Assembly (NCBI GenBank): GCA_019323515.1
Contig: JAHWHG010000002.1
Coordinates: forward strand, 18,316-82,315
Length of the DNA: 64,000 nt
Source: Candidatus Woesearchaeota archaeon
GTDB lineage: Archaea > Nanobdellota > Nanobdellia > Woesearchaeales > JAHWHD01
Direction of reading: 5' to 3'
Of the stretch, positions 8,642-18,401 are shown piece after piece (positions within the stretch are counted from its first letter, which is position 1; each line of letters starts with the position of its first letter). The notes under the pieces were generated by a model. That model saw only the letters and a list, made by a program, of their open reading frames with translations. It was not told the origin of the DNA and made no database searches. Both the position numbers and the translations under genes were made by a program.

Positions 8642-11119
8642 TTAGAAAAAAGAGTCAAGCTTGCTTTGTTCTTTATCCTCAAGAAGTTCTTTAATATCAT
8701 AGCCAAGCACAGCGAAGATCCTGTCAACAGCTGGAAGTATCTGGTTATTGATGTAGTACTCTGTGTCGTATTCATTATTTTCAATCTCTTCAGGAAGTTT
8801 AACCCTGTCACGGATCGGGCCAGGGCCTTCAGTCACTACAAAGTTGATCATAGAACCAGGGCCGACATCATAGCCAAGCTCTTTCATCCTTATAGCAGCA
8901 GCGACATGCGGGCCTATTGATTCATAATCGTCAATCTCGCGCTGGAGCTGTGTTGAAATCTGGACTTCACTTGTGTCGATTGCCCTATTCTTTAGTTCAT
9001 AGATTACGTTCTTCACATAGTTGAACGCTTTTTCAATGTTATCTTCCTTAAGTATTATCTCAAGGACGTGCTCCTGGACAGTTTTTGCAATCTGGCTCCA
9101 GTTTCTCCTGATAGCTTCAAAGCCTGTAATCTTCATCTTTCCAGTTTCGTCCATCAATGCATACTTTTTCTTTGCGCCTATATCAGAGAGTTTTGCTGAG
9201 ACAAAGATTCCAGAAGGGTAGTATCCTTCAAACTCAAGTTCCATAAGTCCTGGAAGGTTCTCGTTAATACTTTTTGCAAATGCCTTTGATTCATCTTTTG
9301 TCTTATTATCGAGGCTTAAAAACACTGAGTCAGTGTCGCTGTAGATTACCTTAAAGCCAGCTTCCTGCGCCTTGGCAATCACGTCCTTGATATAGTAGCG
9401 GGCGTATGCAGTTGTTGAACGTGCTGAGTCTTTTGAGTACCATCTTGCTCCATAAAAGCCAAGGTAGCCGTAGTATGAGTTTGAGAGAAGTTTTAATGTC
9501 TCTGAACGCGCCTTTAGAAGTATCTTTTTGTTTTCGTCTGTTGTCTCTTTTAAGATCTCCTTGATACGCATCCTTCTTGTGACAATGTTTTCAAGCACGC
9601 TTGACATAAATCCTTTCTTTTTCTTACAGAACCATAACTGATGTGTTTCAATAGGCACGTATTCTGGTGTGCAGCAGTCGCAGTTTAAAGTCTCTGGGCC
9701 AATGTTGTGCGAGATAATTATAGAAGGATAAAGGCTTCTGAAGTCATAGACTACAATGTCCTTGTAAAGCCCTGGCTTTGGTTCAAAAACAAAAGCTCCT
9801 TTTACCCTTACACCGCGACGTTCAAGCGTGGTCTTGTAGTCTGGGTTGTTAGGAGCTATTTCATCATAGTGTCTTGCTTCTTTAATCAGGTACCATTCCA
9901 CAAACTGCGAAAATGACATGCCGTTTATGTCATAAAGAGGCAGGCCGACTAGTTTAACAAACTCTTCAAGATTAGGAAGCAGTTTTTCGCAAAGCATGAA
10001 CGTGAGTCTGGAGTCCTGTAAGTTATAGGCTGCGAAGCATTCAAGTTCGTCTGATGATGAATCCCAGGCAGGAGCAAGCTTTTCCATGTCGATCTTGTGT
10101 TTCTTCTCTCCAAGAAGTTCATTTGAGACCTCGTCAAGTGAATACGTGTCAGTCTTTAGACTAGTTGCAAGGGCTCTCTGGATGAACTTGCATATGTCCA
10201 GGTGTATCATGCCATTGACCTGCGCATATGAAAATGTTCCTTTTTTTAGCTTTACCTCAGAGTAATCCCAGCCAAAGTCAAGAGGTATCTTATACTTGTC
10301 AGCTCTTGTTATTATGTAAGGAAAATCAAAACCGTTTGAGAAGTATCCTGTCAAGATGTCTGGTTTGAATGTTTCTATCATCTCTTTGAACTTTACAAGC
10401 ATGTCTGCCTCGCTTTTCAGGAACTCGATGTAGCTTAGCTTATTATTGAAACGTTTCCAGGTTAGCACCTTCTTGAATGATTCTTCATTACTCCCAAGTT
10501 CTTTTCCGTAAAGGCTGATCATTACAATAGGGTTTATGTCGGGAAGCACTGCTTTTCCATGAGGGTTATAAGTCTCTATATCAAATGCTAGGATCTTGAG
10601 GCTTTTAATTGAGTCGTTGCTGATGTGTTTGATAGATGATGCCCTGAAGACTGGAACCTTTGCTCTTTGGGTTATGAAGTCGCCTTCAGCTTCAGTCACT
10701 GTTATAGGTGTTAAGTCGTTATCAATCAGGTAGCGTCTTACAAAACGGATATCATATTCGTTCACTGAGACTACACCGCCAATGCTTTTGATTTCCCTTG
10801 CAAGGATTGGGACATCCTTTGGAATGCTTGTGTAGATTTTGATGACTGTGACTTCCTTGCCGATGTACTTTTTTTCGTGGATTTCTGTTCTTGTCACTCT
10901 TATAATGCGCCCTCGTGATTCTGAAGTCACTGCTTGTATAACTTTTTGAATTGCCTCAGAGTCTTCCTTTTTTACAATAGCATAGAAGTATGGCTGGAAG
11001 TTTTCGTCAATCACGCATATCTGCTGGTTGTCAGTGGTTTTTCCAAATAGATAAATGACTGGTTTGTCATTAAATATCTTGTACTGGACATCCATTGGAT
11101 AAAACTGTATTGTTGCCAT
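8642..11119 (-). CDS. polB: Family B DNA polymerase
   Basis: ORF track 825 aa. It carries the exonuclease motif ILAFDIETYN and the polymerase motifs DFRSLYPSII, KLLSNSYYGYLG and YSDTDSVFL. The reading frame is uninterrupted, so there is no intein. Confidence 0.95.
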   Translation of the reverse strand: MATIQFYPMDVQYKIFNDKPVIYLFGKTTDNQQICVIDENFQPYFYAIVKKEDSEAIQKVIQAVTSESRGRIIRVTRTEIHEKKYIGKEVTVIKIYTSIPKDVPILAREIKSIGGVVSVNEYDIRFVRRYLIDNDLTPITVTEAEGDFITQRAKVPVFRASSIKHISNDSIKSLKILAFDIETYNPHGKAVLPDINPIVMISLYGKELGSNEESFKKVLTWKRFNNKLSYIEFLKSEADMLVKFKEMIETFKPDILTGYFSNGFDFPYIITRADKYKIPLDFGWDYSEVKLKKGTFSYAQVNGMIHLDICKFIQRALATSLKTDTYSLDEVSNELLGEKKHKIDMEKLAPAWDSSSDELECFAAYNLQDSRLTFMLCEKLLPNLEEFVKLVGLPLYDINGMSFSQFVEWYLIKEARHYDEIAPNNPDYKTTLERRGVRVKGAFVFEPKPGLYKDIVVYDFRSLYPSIIISHNIGPETLNCDCCTPEYVPIETHQLWFCKKKKGFMSSVLENIVTRRMRIKEILKETTDENKKILLKARSETLKLLSNSYYGYLGFYGARWYSKDSARSTTAYARYYIKDVIAKAQEAGFKVIYSDTDSVFLSLDNKTKDESKAFAKSINENLPGLMELEFEGYYPSGIFVSAKLSDIGAKKKYALMDETGKMKITGFEAIRRNWSQIAKTVQEHVLEIILKEDNIEKAFNYVKNVIYELKNRAIDTSEVQISTQLQREIDDYESIGPHVAAAIRMKELGYDVGPGSMINFVVTEGPGPIRDRVKLPEEIENNEYDTEYYINNQILPAVDRIFAVLGYDIKELLEDKEQSKLDSFF

Positions 11120-11196
11120 TATTAATTTATGATTTAGAAATGGTATATAAAGGTTTAGAGGGTGGAGAGGTTGAAATTGTTTAAATTAAATGTATT

Positions 11197-11991
11197 TTAT
11201 CCGATATAATTAATATCTTTTCCAAGCCTGGATTTCATCTTCTGTAAAGCAGCATGTTTTGATACTTTAGAGAGGTCATCAGTTCTTCTAAGCATCTCTG
11301 ATTCAATTGAAACTATCTCTTTCTCAAGCTTTGCGATGTCAAGGTTAAGCGAGAGTTTCTTGTTAAGTATCTCTAAGATGGAACGAGCTCCTTTTATGCC
11401 AAGGTACATCGGGTGGCCAAAGGTTTCTGCAAGCATTGCAATCGCTTCTATTTCCCTTTTCTTTGCCAAACCTAGCAGAAGACCTGACACTCCTACAATA
11501 GGACCGACAACTCCATAAAGTTTATCATTAAGTTTGACACCTTTCTTATACTTCTGTATAATCTTTTTACTGTTGCCTGTGCAATATACACGCGGTGTCT
11601 TTGGGATTGCCTGAAGGCCGATTCCGCCAAGTGTTATTATCTCGCGGCATTTGTAATCTTCAAGAAGGTCAAGTATTTTTTCACAAAATTCATATGAACT
11701 TACCTCATCAATTGGCTGGACATCCCCTGCCAAGAAAAGTAAATCAATGCCCTTAAGCTGTGCATAGTAAAGTTCAATCTTTGGAAGTTCTACAAGGTTA
11801 TTCTCGTTCACAAAAACTGAATGCGGGAAAGTGTATGAGAAAACGTCATAAAGTTTTTTGGCTTTAAGTTCGTCTATAAGAAAGTCAACTGCTACCTTGC
11901 CTACATTTCCAATACCAGGAAGTCCTTCAATAAATACAGGCTGCTTTAGTTTTGGAAGGTTTTTGGTGCAGGGAGTTATTTTCCAGGCCAT
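11197..11991 (-). CDS. PAC2-family proteasome assembly chaperone-like protein (COG1938 type)
   Basis: ORF track 264 aa. The N-terminal IEGLPGIGNVGKVAVDFLI block is typical of the family, and it sits in the usual position downstream of nop10 in archaeal operons. Confidence 0.7.
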   Translation of the reverse strand: MAWKITPCTKNLPKLKQPVFIEGLPGIGNVGKVAVDFLIDELKAKKLYDVFSYTFPHSVFVNENNLVELPKIELYYAQLKGIDLLFLAGDVQPIDEVSSYEFCEKILDLLEDYKCREIITLGGIGLQAIPKTPRVYCTGNSKKIIQKYKKGVKLNDKLYGVVGPIVGVSGLLLGLAKKREIEAIAMLAETFGHPMYLGIKGARSILEILNKKLSLNLDIAKLEKEIVSIESEMLRRTDDLSKVSKHAALQKMKSRLGKDINYIG

Positions 11992-12051
11992 ATATCCTTA
12001 GAAGGAATCTTGCTTTAAAAATGTTTGTATTAATAAATGAAATACTTTCAG

Positions 12052-12231
12052 CTAGAGAAGCCCTTTATCCTCTAAATCTTTTTTTCTTGCCTTTCTCCTG
12101 TAATCACCGTACTTGTCCTCTGGAGAGAAGCGAGGCGGTTTTGGGACTGCAGTTGGAGAGTTGCATTTTGGGCAGAGTTCTTTCATAGTGTAAGTGCTGC
12201 ACTTTGTACATTTTAGAATGTGTTTAGCCAT
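12052..12231 (-). CDS. nop10: H/ACA RNP protein Nop10
   Basis: [49 protein letters not shown] has the zinc ribbon plus [10 protein letters not shown] block. The start is taken at the internal ATG 12231 rather than the track start 12297, which would overlap eif2a. Confidence 0.85.
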   Translation of the reverse strand: MAKHILKCTKCSTYTMKELCPKCNSPTAVPKPPRFSPEDKYGDYRRKARKKDLEDKGLL

Positions 12232-12238
12232 TTTTAAA

Positions 12239-13024
12239 TTATTTTTCCTGTTTCCTTTGGAAAGTGAACTCAGCCCTGTTCTTTGCAGAGGTTTCAATGC
12301 ACTTAAGGATGTTGCTAAGAATCTTTTCTGCTTGCTTGTATTCCTCTGCTTTGACCTTTAATGAATATTTTCCTGCTCCGATAAACTTTATCTCTGTCAT
12401 GTCCTTGCCTTTTGACAGTGCTTTTTTAAGAATCTCCTTGATAACATCAACTCCGTCAGGTTCATGGGAGACAAGCGAGATTGTTCCTCCTATTGAGACC
12501 TCAGGAGGTTTTATACGTTGCCTTATGACCTCTTCAAGCTTTTCAGTTGTTTTCTTGTCAAGGTTTAGTTTTTCCAGGTCGTAATTGCCTGCGACAACGT
12601 CTGCGAATGTTTCGAACAAGAAGTCGTATTTCTTGAATGCAGCTTCTTTAATCTGGTTGTAAAGTTTTCTTGTGTCAAGCTTAAGTTCTTTTGCGATGAA
12701 TTCAACAATCTTTTCAGCTTTCTGCTCCTGTTTAATCTCGTTGTTTTTCATACGTTTCTGCGCTTCGTTGACTCTTCTTAATGAGAGATCGATGTGACCT
12801 TTTTCCTGGTCAATCTTAAGGACCTTGCAGGTCACTTTCTTGCCTTCAACCACAAAGTCGCGGATGTTTCTTATACGGCCAGGGCTAATCTCTGAGATAT
12901 GTATCATACCAGATTTTCCGCCGAACTCGTCAAGTGTGACAAAAACTGAGTGATGATATATTTTTGTAACAGTACATAGAACTATTTCTCCTTCCTCTGG
13001 AAGACCTTCTCTTTGAAGTAACAT
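12239..13024 (-). CDS. eif2a: Translation initiation factor aIF2 alpha subunit
   Basis: ORF track 261 aa. The N-terminal S1 domain ([37 protein letters not shown]...) is followed by helical and alpha-beta domains. Confidence 0.9.
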   Translation of the reverse strand: MLLQREGLPEEGEIVLCTVTKIYHHSVFVTLDEFGGKSGMIHISEISPGRIRNIRDFVVEGKKVTCKVLKIDQEKGHIDLSLRRVNEAQKRMKNNEIKQEQKAEKIVEFIAKELKLDTRKLYNQIKEAAFKKYDFLFETFADVVAGNYDLEKLNLDKKTTEKLEEVIRQRIKPPEVSIGGTISLVSHEPDGVDVIKEILKKALSKGKDMTEIKFIGAGKYSLKVKAEEYKQAEKILSNILKCIETSAKNRAEFTFQRKQEK

Positions 13025-13213
13025 TTATTCGAGTACCTCAAGTATTCTTGCCTTTACCTTAGTCTTGCCGCCTGTAGCTGAGCCTAGGACCTTACCGCAA
13101 ACTAAGCAGCGCACTTCTGTAGATGATTTACCGAACATTATCTGTTCATTCTTGCACTTTGGGCAGCGTATCTTAACGAATTTGCTTTCTGGTTCTCTTA
13201 GTGATGTTTTCAT
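13025..13213 (-). CDS. rps27e: Ribosomal protein S27e
   Basis: ORF track 62 aa with the C4 zinc ribbon CPKCKNEQIMFGKSSTEVRCLVCGKVL. An AGGAGGGA Shine-Dalgarno sequence and a TTTATAAA box lie upstream (about 13222..13260). Confidence 0.9.
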   Translation of the reverse strand: MKTSLREPESKFVKIRCPKCKNEQIMFGKSSTEVRCLVCGKVLGSATGGKTKVKARILEVLE

Positions 13214-13334
13214 TTAAGTATCCCTCCTTAGATTAATTGAAAAAGCGGTTTATTTATAAATCTTATGTAGGCTTTTTAAAGATTTGTAACAATTAAAATG
13301 CTTATAAGCGTAGAATGTATTAAAAAATGATTAT

Positions 13335-13643
13335 TTAAACAAACTCAACCTTCTTAGCCCTTATGCCTTGGGTCTGCATGTGCGTCTTTTTGCATGTAAC
13401 GCACTTATAACGAAGATCTGACTTCTTGGTCTGTTTCTTGCCTGTCTGTTTAAACTTGCTTATAGCTGGCTTAGAATAACGTCCAAGGCTACCATAACCG
13501 CGTGCACGCCCTCTTTTCTTAGCCCTGTACTTTGAACCGTATGTCAAAGAGGAAGCTTTCTTTGCTTTCTGCTGCGTTACCTTATGCTCAGTATGTGTCT
13601 TGCAATAAGGACAGTATCGTTTGATAGTCTTTGGCTTTTTCAT
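13335..13643 (-). CDS. rpl44e: Ribosomal protein L44e
   Basis: ORF track 102 aa with CPYCKTHTEHKV...RYKCVTCKK zinc-ribbon halves. The protein is very basic. Confidence 0.9.
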   Translation of the reverse strand: MKKPKTIKRYCPYCKTHTEHKVTQQKAKKASSLTYGSKYRAKKRGRARGYGSLGRYSKPAISKFKQTGKKQTKKSDLRYKCVTCKKTHMQTQGIRAKKVEFV

Positions 13644-13712
13644 TAATATGCAAAAAATTAGCGTCTATTTATAAAGTTTTCTAATGTAAAATGAAGTGGT
13701 AGTTTAAATGTA

Positions 13713-14342
13713 CTACTCCTGCTTTATCTCAGCAGCGCGTTCCTTTAGAATAAGTATGTCAGCTATCCTTTTAGGAAGGTTTGCTATGTCCTCTTTTTCA
13801 AAAGGGCCGTAGATTTCAAGGTCCTGGCCTACGAACTTTGGCACTGGTTGAAGGAATCTGATAAGTTTATTGTCGCAGGGTTGTTTTGGTAGATTCTCTT
13901 GTTCCCCTGTCTGTTCCTGCTGGATTTCAGGAGCCTTTGATTCAAGGATATTAAGAAGTATTCCTTTCCTGTAGAGGTCTAAGATTTTGAGGATACTTTC
14001 ATAGAACTGTTTTTCCTCTGCAAGAAGTGTTGATGTGTCGATTATGCTAGAGTTTGTCCTGCTCCTGTTAATTGCCATATTGATTATCTTTTTTTCTCTC
14101 CGTTCGTAGAATTCCTTAAGCATCTTATTTATGTTCTGGAGCTGTCTTTTTGTCTTTTCTTTTTCACCTGCACTGAATAAAGTGTCGTCTACCTTTAGCA
14201 TTATCTGTTGCTTGTCCTTTAGATATTCTACAAGGTTCTTGAAGAAGTTCTCGTCAAGTTTCTGAAGCTCTTCTCTCTGTTTCTCAGCCCTCAGAATATC
14301 AAAAAGAGTTTCATATGTAATGTTAACAGTATCATCCGCCAA
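13713..14342 (-). CDS. GINS subunit (Gins51-like), tentative
   Basis: ORF track 209 aa with a TTG start. It has an N-terminal helical domain (ITYETLFDILRAEKQREELQKLDENFF). The C-terminal block PKFVGQDLEIYGPFEKEDIANLPKRIADILI resembles the conserved C-terminus of archaeal Gins51 as I recall it. Confidence 0.6.
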   Translation of the reverse strand: MADDTVNITYETLFDILRAEKQREELQKLDENFFKNLVEYLKDKQQIMLKVDDTLFSAGEKEKTKRQLQNINKMLKEFYERREKKIINMAINRSRTNSSIIDTSTLLAEEKQFYESILKILDLYRKGILLNILESKAPEIQQEQTGEQENLPKQPCDNKLIRFLQPVPKFVGQDLEIYGPFEKEDIANLPKRIADILILKERAAEIKQE

Positions 14343-14393
14343 AGTAAACCCCCTAGAATTTTTGAATTAAGGTGGTATTTAAATTTTTATGTT

Positions 14394-15212
14394 CTAGATT
14401 ATCAACCTTAATAAGCCTCTTGTGACATATATCTCAAGGAACGCTGCGATTGTGATTATGAGAAGCGAGAGGAGGAATAGCATTGTAGCGTCCTTTATAA
14501 CGTTCTTGAAAGCATTGCTGCCTATTTTTTCAGTGACAAGTGCTTTTGATATCACGCCTCCAGAGATTGCTGCCAGCAGGAAGCCAGACAGTTCTGGGAC
14601 TGTGTGGACCATAAGTGATCCTGTCAGTGCTGCAGTATGTGTAATGCTTGTTGTGACGTATTGTGTTATCTTGACAATGAACGTGGCAAAGATGGATGCG
14701 TTGAAGATTATAAGAAATATAGCTCCGGCACCGTATGCGATTGAGAGAAGGAATGCGATGACGCACACGAGCAGGTTCTTGTCAAGTATGTACATGAATG
14801 CTCCGAAGCTTGACTCTGGGACAGATTCAACAAGCTCTGAGTTCACGCCGCGTTTCTCAAGAAAGCTTGTCTGGTACTCAAGAAGTGAACTGTTGTATGC
14901 ACCTGCTGCAAGTATGATGTATGCTATGAACACTCCAAGGAAAAGGAAGATGTATGTCTCTATTATGTCCTTATGATTCCTGAAGAAATGTTTTAAGCCA
15001 GCAAGGCTTTCTATCCTTTCCTCTTTCTTGATATAGCTTGTAAGAGTAGGTACTGTCAATAGTGTTGTGAAGAACAAAGTGGCTGTTGACATGAAGTCCT
15101 TGAAAAGAAGGTAAGATGTAAGTGCACCTATAAATGTATACATAAATCCAAGCACAAATGCAAAAAGATGGCGCTTGCTTATCTTATCAATCTTTAGCAC
15201 TGATTCCAGCAT
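14394..15212 (-). CDS. Polytopic membrane protein, SpoIIM/DUF95-like
   Basis: ORF track 272 aa with about 6 hydrophobic spans. The segment NLLVCVIAFLLSIAYGAGAIFLIIFNASIFATFI resembles the SpoIIM-family core. Confidence 0.55.
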   Translation of the reverse strand: MLESVLKIDKISKRHLFAFVLGFMYTFIGALTSYLLFKDFMSTATLFFTTLLTVPTLTSYIKKEERIESLAGLKHFFRNHKDIIETYIFLFLGVFIAYIILAAGAYNSSLLEYQTSFLEKRGVNSELVESVPESSFGAFMYILDKNLLVCVIAFLLSIAYGAGAIFLIIFNASIFATFIVKITQYVTTSITHTAALTGSLMVHTVPELSGFLLAAISGGVISKALVTEKIGSNAFKNVIKDATMLFLLSLLIITIAAFLEIYVTRGLLRLII

Positions 15213-17699
15213 CTAATCACCAAATTCAGATAAAAACTTCTTAGTTTTTTTCTTTTTCCAACCACTCAATAATAGTATCGTGATTATTGCTATGATTGCA
15301 ATAAAGGTTGCAAGAGTGATCGGGCTTTTCAGGTATTCGGTGAAGACCTCAAACGCGCTTCCTACTGCTGGAGCAGGTTGTTCTGCTTCTTCTGGTTGTT
15401 CAGGAAGTGTATCCTCTTTTCCTATGAATGTCTTGTTCTTGAAAGAGCTGTCGTCTGTTCCTGAATTAGCATCTGATTCGTTGTAGCGAAGGTCCATGTC
15501 GCTCATCCAGGAGCCAGTGATTGGACACTCACCGCAGTCTTTAGGGCATGATAAACATGTTTCACCGCCTCTTAATTCACAAACCAAGTCACCGCATATA
15601 GCTCTTACAGAACCTCCGCCTCCTCCGCCAGAGCCTCCACCACCTGAGTAAATCGTGATTGAGGTTGAGTTTGTGAATGTCTCGTTCCATGCAGTTGTTG
15701 ACACTGAGACAGTTCCAGCAGTGCTTGCAGTGAAGTTTGTCTCATAATAACCTGATGAGCTAGTTAAAATGTTCTTTGTGCCGCCTGGGTAAGTCAATGT
15801 TATGTTCCAGTCGCCGACTTTTACACCTGTGTCGTTGTCTAAGTATCCTGTGACTGTGACAAGTTCACCTGATGAAGGGTTTGTGTTTGAAAGGTTTAGG
15901 GTTAGGCCGAGTTTGTATTTTAAAATGAAAGTATCTATTGTTGAGTTTGTGTTTCCAGCCCTGTCAGTTGCATTTGCTGTCACAGTGCAGGTTCCAGGCA
16001 TATTGCTTGTGCTTGGTGACCATGTGCCTTGGTATTCGTTTGCTGAGATGTTTGTTAATGTGAAGTTTGTGCTTGTATCTGGACATTCTATTAATACATT
16101 TATGTAGTCTAGGTTTGTGTCAGTTGAATTAGCTCTTATTGTCACATTGTCGTCCCTGAAGTATCTTGGGTATATTATTAATATTAATTCTGGGTTTGTG
16201 TTGTCTATTGTGAAGAATGTGTCTGAGGTGTCATTAGCTTCATTTATTGAATCATTGATTATGACTAAAGCTGTATACTGTCCGTCTTCTAATAGTGTTG
16301 TATCTAAGTCTTGAGCAGTAATATTTATTGAACTGTTGATAAAGTTCCATTCTAAACTTGAATTAGCGTAATAAACTGATACAAATATTTGATCATTATC
16401 GTTATCTGAGTAAGTCCAATTAATCTCTTGTATGCCTGATAAAAATTCATTACCGTTAGGATAAGTTACTGTAACTGAAGGTTTGTGGTTGTATGTGATG
16501 TTCATTGCTGTGATTTCTATTACGCCTGATGTGTCAGAATGAAATCTTAAAGGAATACTATGGGTTGTTAAGTCATCAGGTACACTTTCAAGATAATCAT
16601 TTAGTTCTGAAGTGAAGTTTGAATAATTGAAAGTTTCAGATTTGTTTAATTCGTCATCAAAGCTCCATTCGATGTCTCCGTCTCCTGTAACGTCTATTGT
16701 TGGATTTGTAGGGTAGAATTTTTTAACTTCTTGTACTCTTTTAACTCCATCTTTATCGGTTATTAACCAGTCATTTAAATCAATATACTCTGCATCATAA
16801 GCTGCATTTGTTGAGGTATAACTACTTATCACGTTTGAAGGAAACACAGCACTCCCACTAGTCATATTCACTAAGAACACTCCTGCACTTGAATCAGAAA
16901 TCAGCCAGTATTCATCACTTCCTGAAAATGCTATATCTATACTTCTAATGCTACTACTAAGACCTGAATATTGTTTAATTACACTGCCAGATGTTGAGTT
17001 AATATGTACTACTTTTCCAGATAACCAGAAGGGGCTTCCATCTTTTGAAGTTAGTAACCATTCTTCATCACTTAGATAATACACATCATTAGGTTGTTTA
17101 ATGTTTGTAGAAAAATTTTTAGTTTCTATGCCTCCGTCTATTAATCTTACTATATCTGCACCTGTATCAGCAATTAACCATTTGTTATCAGAAACATAGA
17201 AGGCACCTTCAGGGTTGTTTAATCCTGCATAGCTAGAAATCTCTGTATCAGAAGAACTGTTAAACAATACTATCTTTTTATTAGTGTAGTCTACATATAA
17301 CCATTTTGAATCAGTGATGTATGTTGCATCATAAATGTCATTTGCAGTATTGAATGAATCATAGGTTGAACCATCTTGTGGATTTATTAGGTGAATCCCT
17401 GTATCTGTATCAGAAATTAACCATTTATTGTTTGCTATATAATTTGCATCAACAGGTGATGTTATTGATGTATTGTAGAAGTATAGTACCTCCCACTCAC
17501 TCAAATCGCCATAAAACTCAATCATTGCATCCAATACAAAAGCATTTCCTGGTAAATTTATATTTGTATCAAGAGTCCTGCTAATCGAGAAGTCTAAAGT
17601 TTTGTTAGAAATTTCAGTATTAACATCATCAAGATATTGAACAGCTCCAGCTAAACCTAAGAATAACAACATTACTAATATACTCACACCTTTTTTCAT
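15213..17699 (-). CDS. Secreted, C-terminally anchored surface protein with six-bladed beta-propeller-like repeats and Ig-like region
   Basis: ORF track 828 aa with signal peptide MKKGVSILVMLLFLGLAGA. There are six ~45-aa repeats marked by (K/E/Y/D)WL(I/L)xD (KWLISDT, KWLYVDY, KWLIADT, EWLLTSK, YWLISDS, DWLITDK). N-x-S/T sequons are very abundant. It also has a GGGGSGGGGGGS linker, a Cys-rich CGDLVCELRGGETCLSCPKDCGEC module and a C-terminal TM plus KKKKTKK. Confidence 0.7.
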   Translation of the reverse strand: MKKGVSILVMLLFLGLAGAVQYLDDVNTEISNKTLDFSISRTLDTNINLPGNAFVLDAMIEFYGDLSEWEVLYFYNTSITSPVDANYIANNKWLISDTDTGIHLINPQDGSTYDSFNTANDIYDATYITDSKWLYVDYTNKKIVLFNSSSDTEISSYAGLNNPEGAFYVSDNKWLIADTGADIVRLIDGGIETKNFSTNIKQPNDVYYLSDEEWLLTSKDGSPFWLSGKVVHINSTSGSVIKQYSGLSSSIRSIDIAFSGSDEYWLISDSSAGVFLVNMTSGSAVFPSNVISSYTSTNAAYDAEYIDLNDWLITDKDGVKRVQEVKKFYPTNPTIDVTGDGDIEWSFDDELNKSETFNYSNFTSELNDYLESVPDDLTTHSIPLRFHSDTSGVIEITAMNITYNHKPSVTVTYPNGNEFLSGIQEINWTYSDNDNDQIFVSVYYANSSLEWNFINSSINITAQDLDTTLLEDGQYTALVIINDSINEANDTSDTFFTIDNTNPELILIIYPRYFRDDNVTIRANSTDTNLDYINVLIECPDTSTNFTLTNISANEYQGTWSPSTSNMPGTCTVTANATDRAGNTNSTIDTFILKYKLGLTLNLSNTNPSSGELVTVTGYLDNDTGVKVGDWNITLTYPGGTKNILTSSSGYYETNFTASTAGTVSVSTTAWNETFTNSTSITIYSGGGGSGGGGGGSVRAICGDLVCELRGGETCLSCPKDCGECPITGSWMSDMDLRYNESDANSGTDDSSFKNKTFIGKEDTLPEQPEEAEQPAPAVGSAFEVFTEYLKSPITLATFIAIIAIITILLLSGWKKKKTKKFLSEFGD

Positions 17700-17749
17700 T
17701 GTACCAACCCTCTTTTAATTTATAAAGAAAAATTATATGACGCTCATAT

Positions 17750-18325
17750 TTAAACATTTCTATACTTTTTAGATACTGCATTTTTGATATACATGATAAT
17801 GGTAGCGAATACTGAGCCAGCAGTATTATTTATAAGGTCCCAGGATGAGTTTGCCCATTCTCCGAAGTCGCCTGCTCCAAAGCCAAGGACTCCCAGGCCT
17901 TCACCGACTGTTGAGTAGCCGATGTATTCAATCATCTCAATCACTGCGCCAGCTCCTATAGTAATCAGTATTGTATAAAGGTAAAGGTTAAAGCCTTTGA
18001 AGCTGCTCTTAAGTACGTGGTGTATGAGCAGGGAGAAAGCAAATGCTCCGTAGAAGTGCATTATATGATCAAATGGAATACCTAAGTAGAAGTTTCCGTA
18101 CAGTTTAAGATGATGAAGCATTATAGCAGTGACTGCTATTATTATAGTTGTTTTAGGAAATTTCCATCTTTTATATTGTATAAGAAGTGTTCCGAACATC
18201 AGAGCAGTCATTAATTTGTCAAAGATAAGTTCTTTATTGCTTCCAGTTGCTTCCTGCACTGTTGCAAACAGGAAATAGATGATAAATGCTATCAAGATAA
18301 GCTTAATCAATGATATTTTTGCCAT
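17750..18325 (-). CDS. Polytopic membrane protein
   Basis: ORF track 191 aa with 5-6 hydrophobic spans. No motif recognised. Confidence 0.5.
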   Translation of the reverse strand: MAKISLIKLILIAFIIYFLFATVQEATGSNKELIFDKLMTALMFGTLLIQYKRWKFPKTTIIIAVTAIMLHHLKLYGNFYLGIPFDHIMHFYGAFAFSLLIHHVLKSSFKGFNLYLYTILITIGAGAVIEMIEYIGYSTVGEGLGVLGFGAGDFGEWANSSWDLINNTAGSVFATIIMYIKNAVSKKYRNV

Positions 18326-18401
18326 AATTTGATTATTATCTGATTTTAATTATAATGATTAATATCCTTTAAAATAGAGGTTGTACTTGATAATAGACAG
18401 T

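Noticed and set aside
8626-10137. ORF-track entries on the plus strand or in alternate frames inside polB (8626..8811, 8666..8920, 9021..9221, 9707..9916, 9949..10137)
   Set aside because: They lie entirely within the 825-aa polB ORF, which has all polymerase motifs. Their translations are low-complexity with no motifs, so they are most likely shadow ORFs.
8642-11119. Intein in the family B polymerase
   Set aside because: At 825 aa the length is typical, and motifs A, B and C are contiguous with no insertion or Cys/Ser-His-Asn splice junction signatures.
14422-14976. 184-aa plus-strand ORF (and 14530..14766) opposite the SpoIIM-like gene
   Set aside because: It is antisense to a coherent six-TM membrane protein. 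Its own translation is Ser/Arg-rich without hydrophobic periodicity or start signals.
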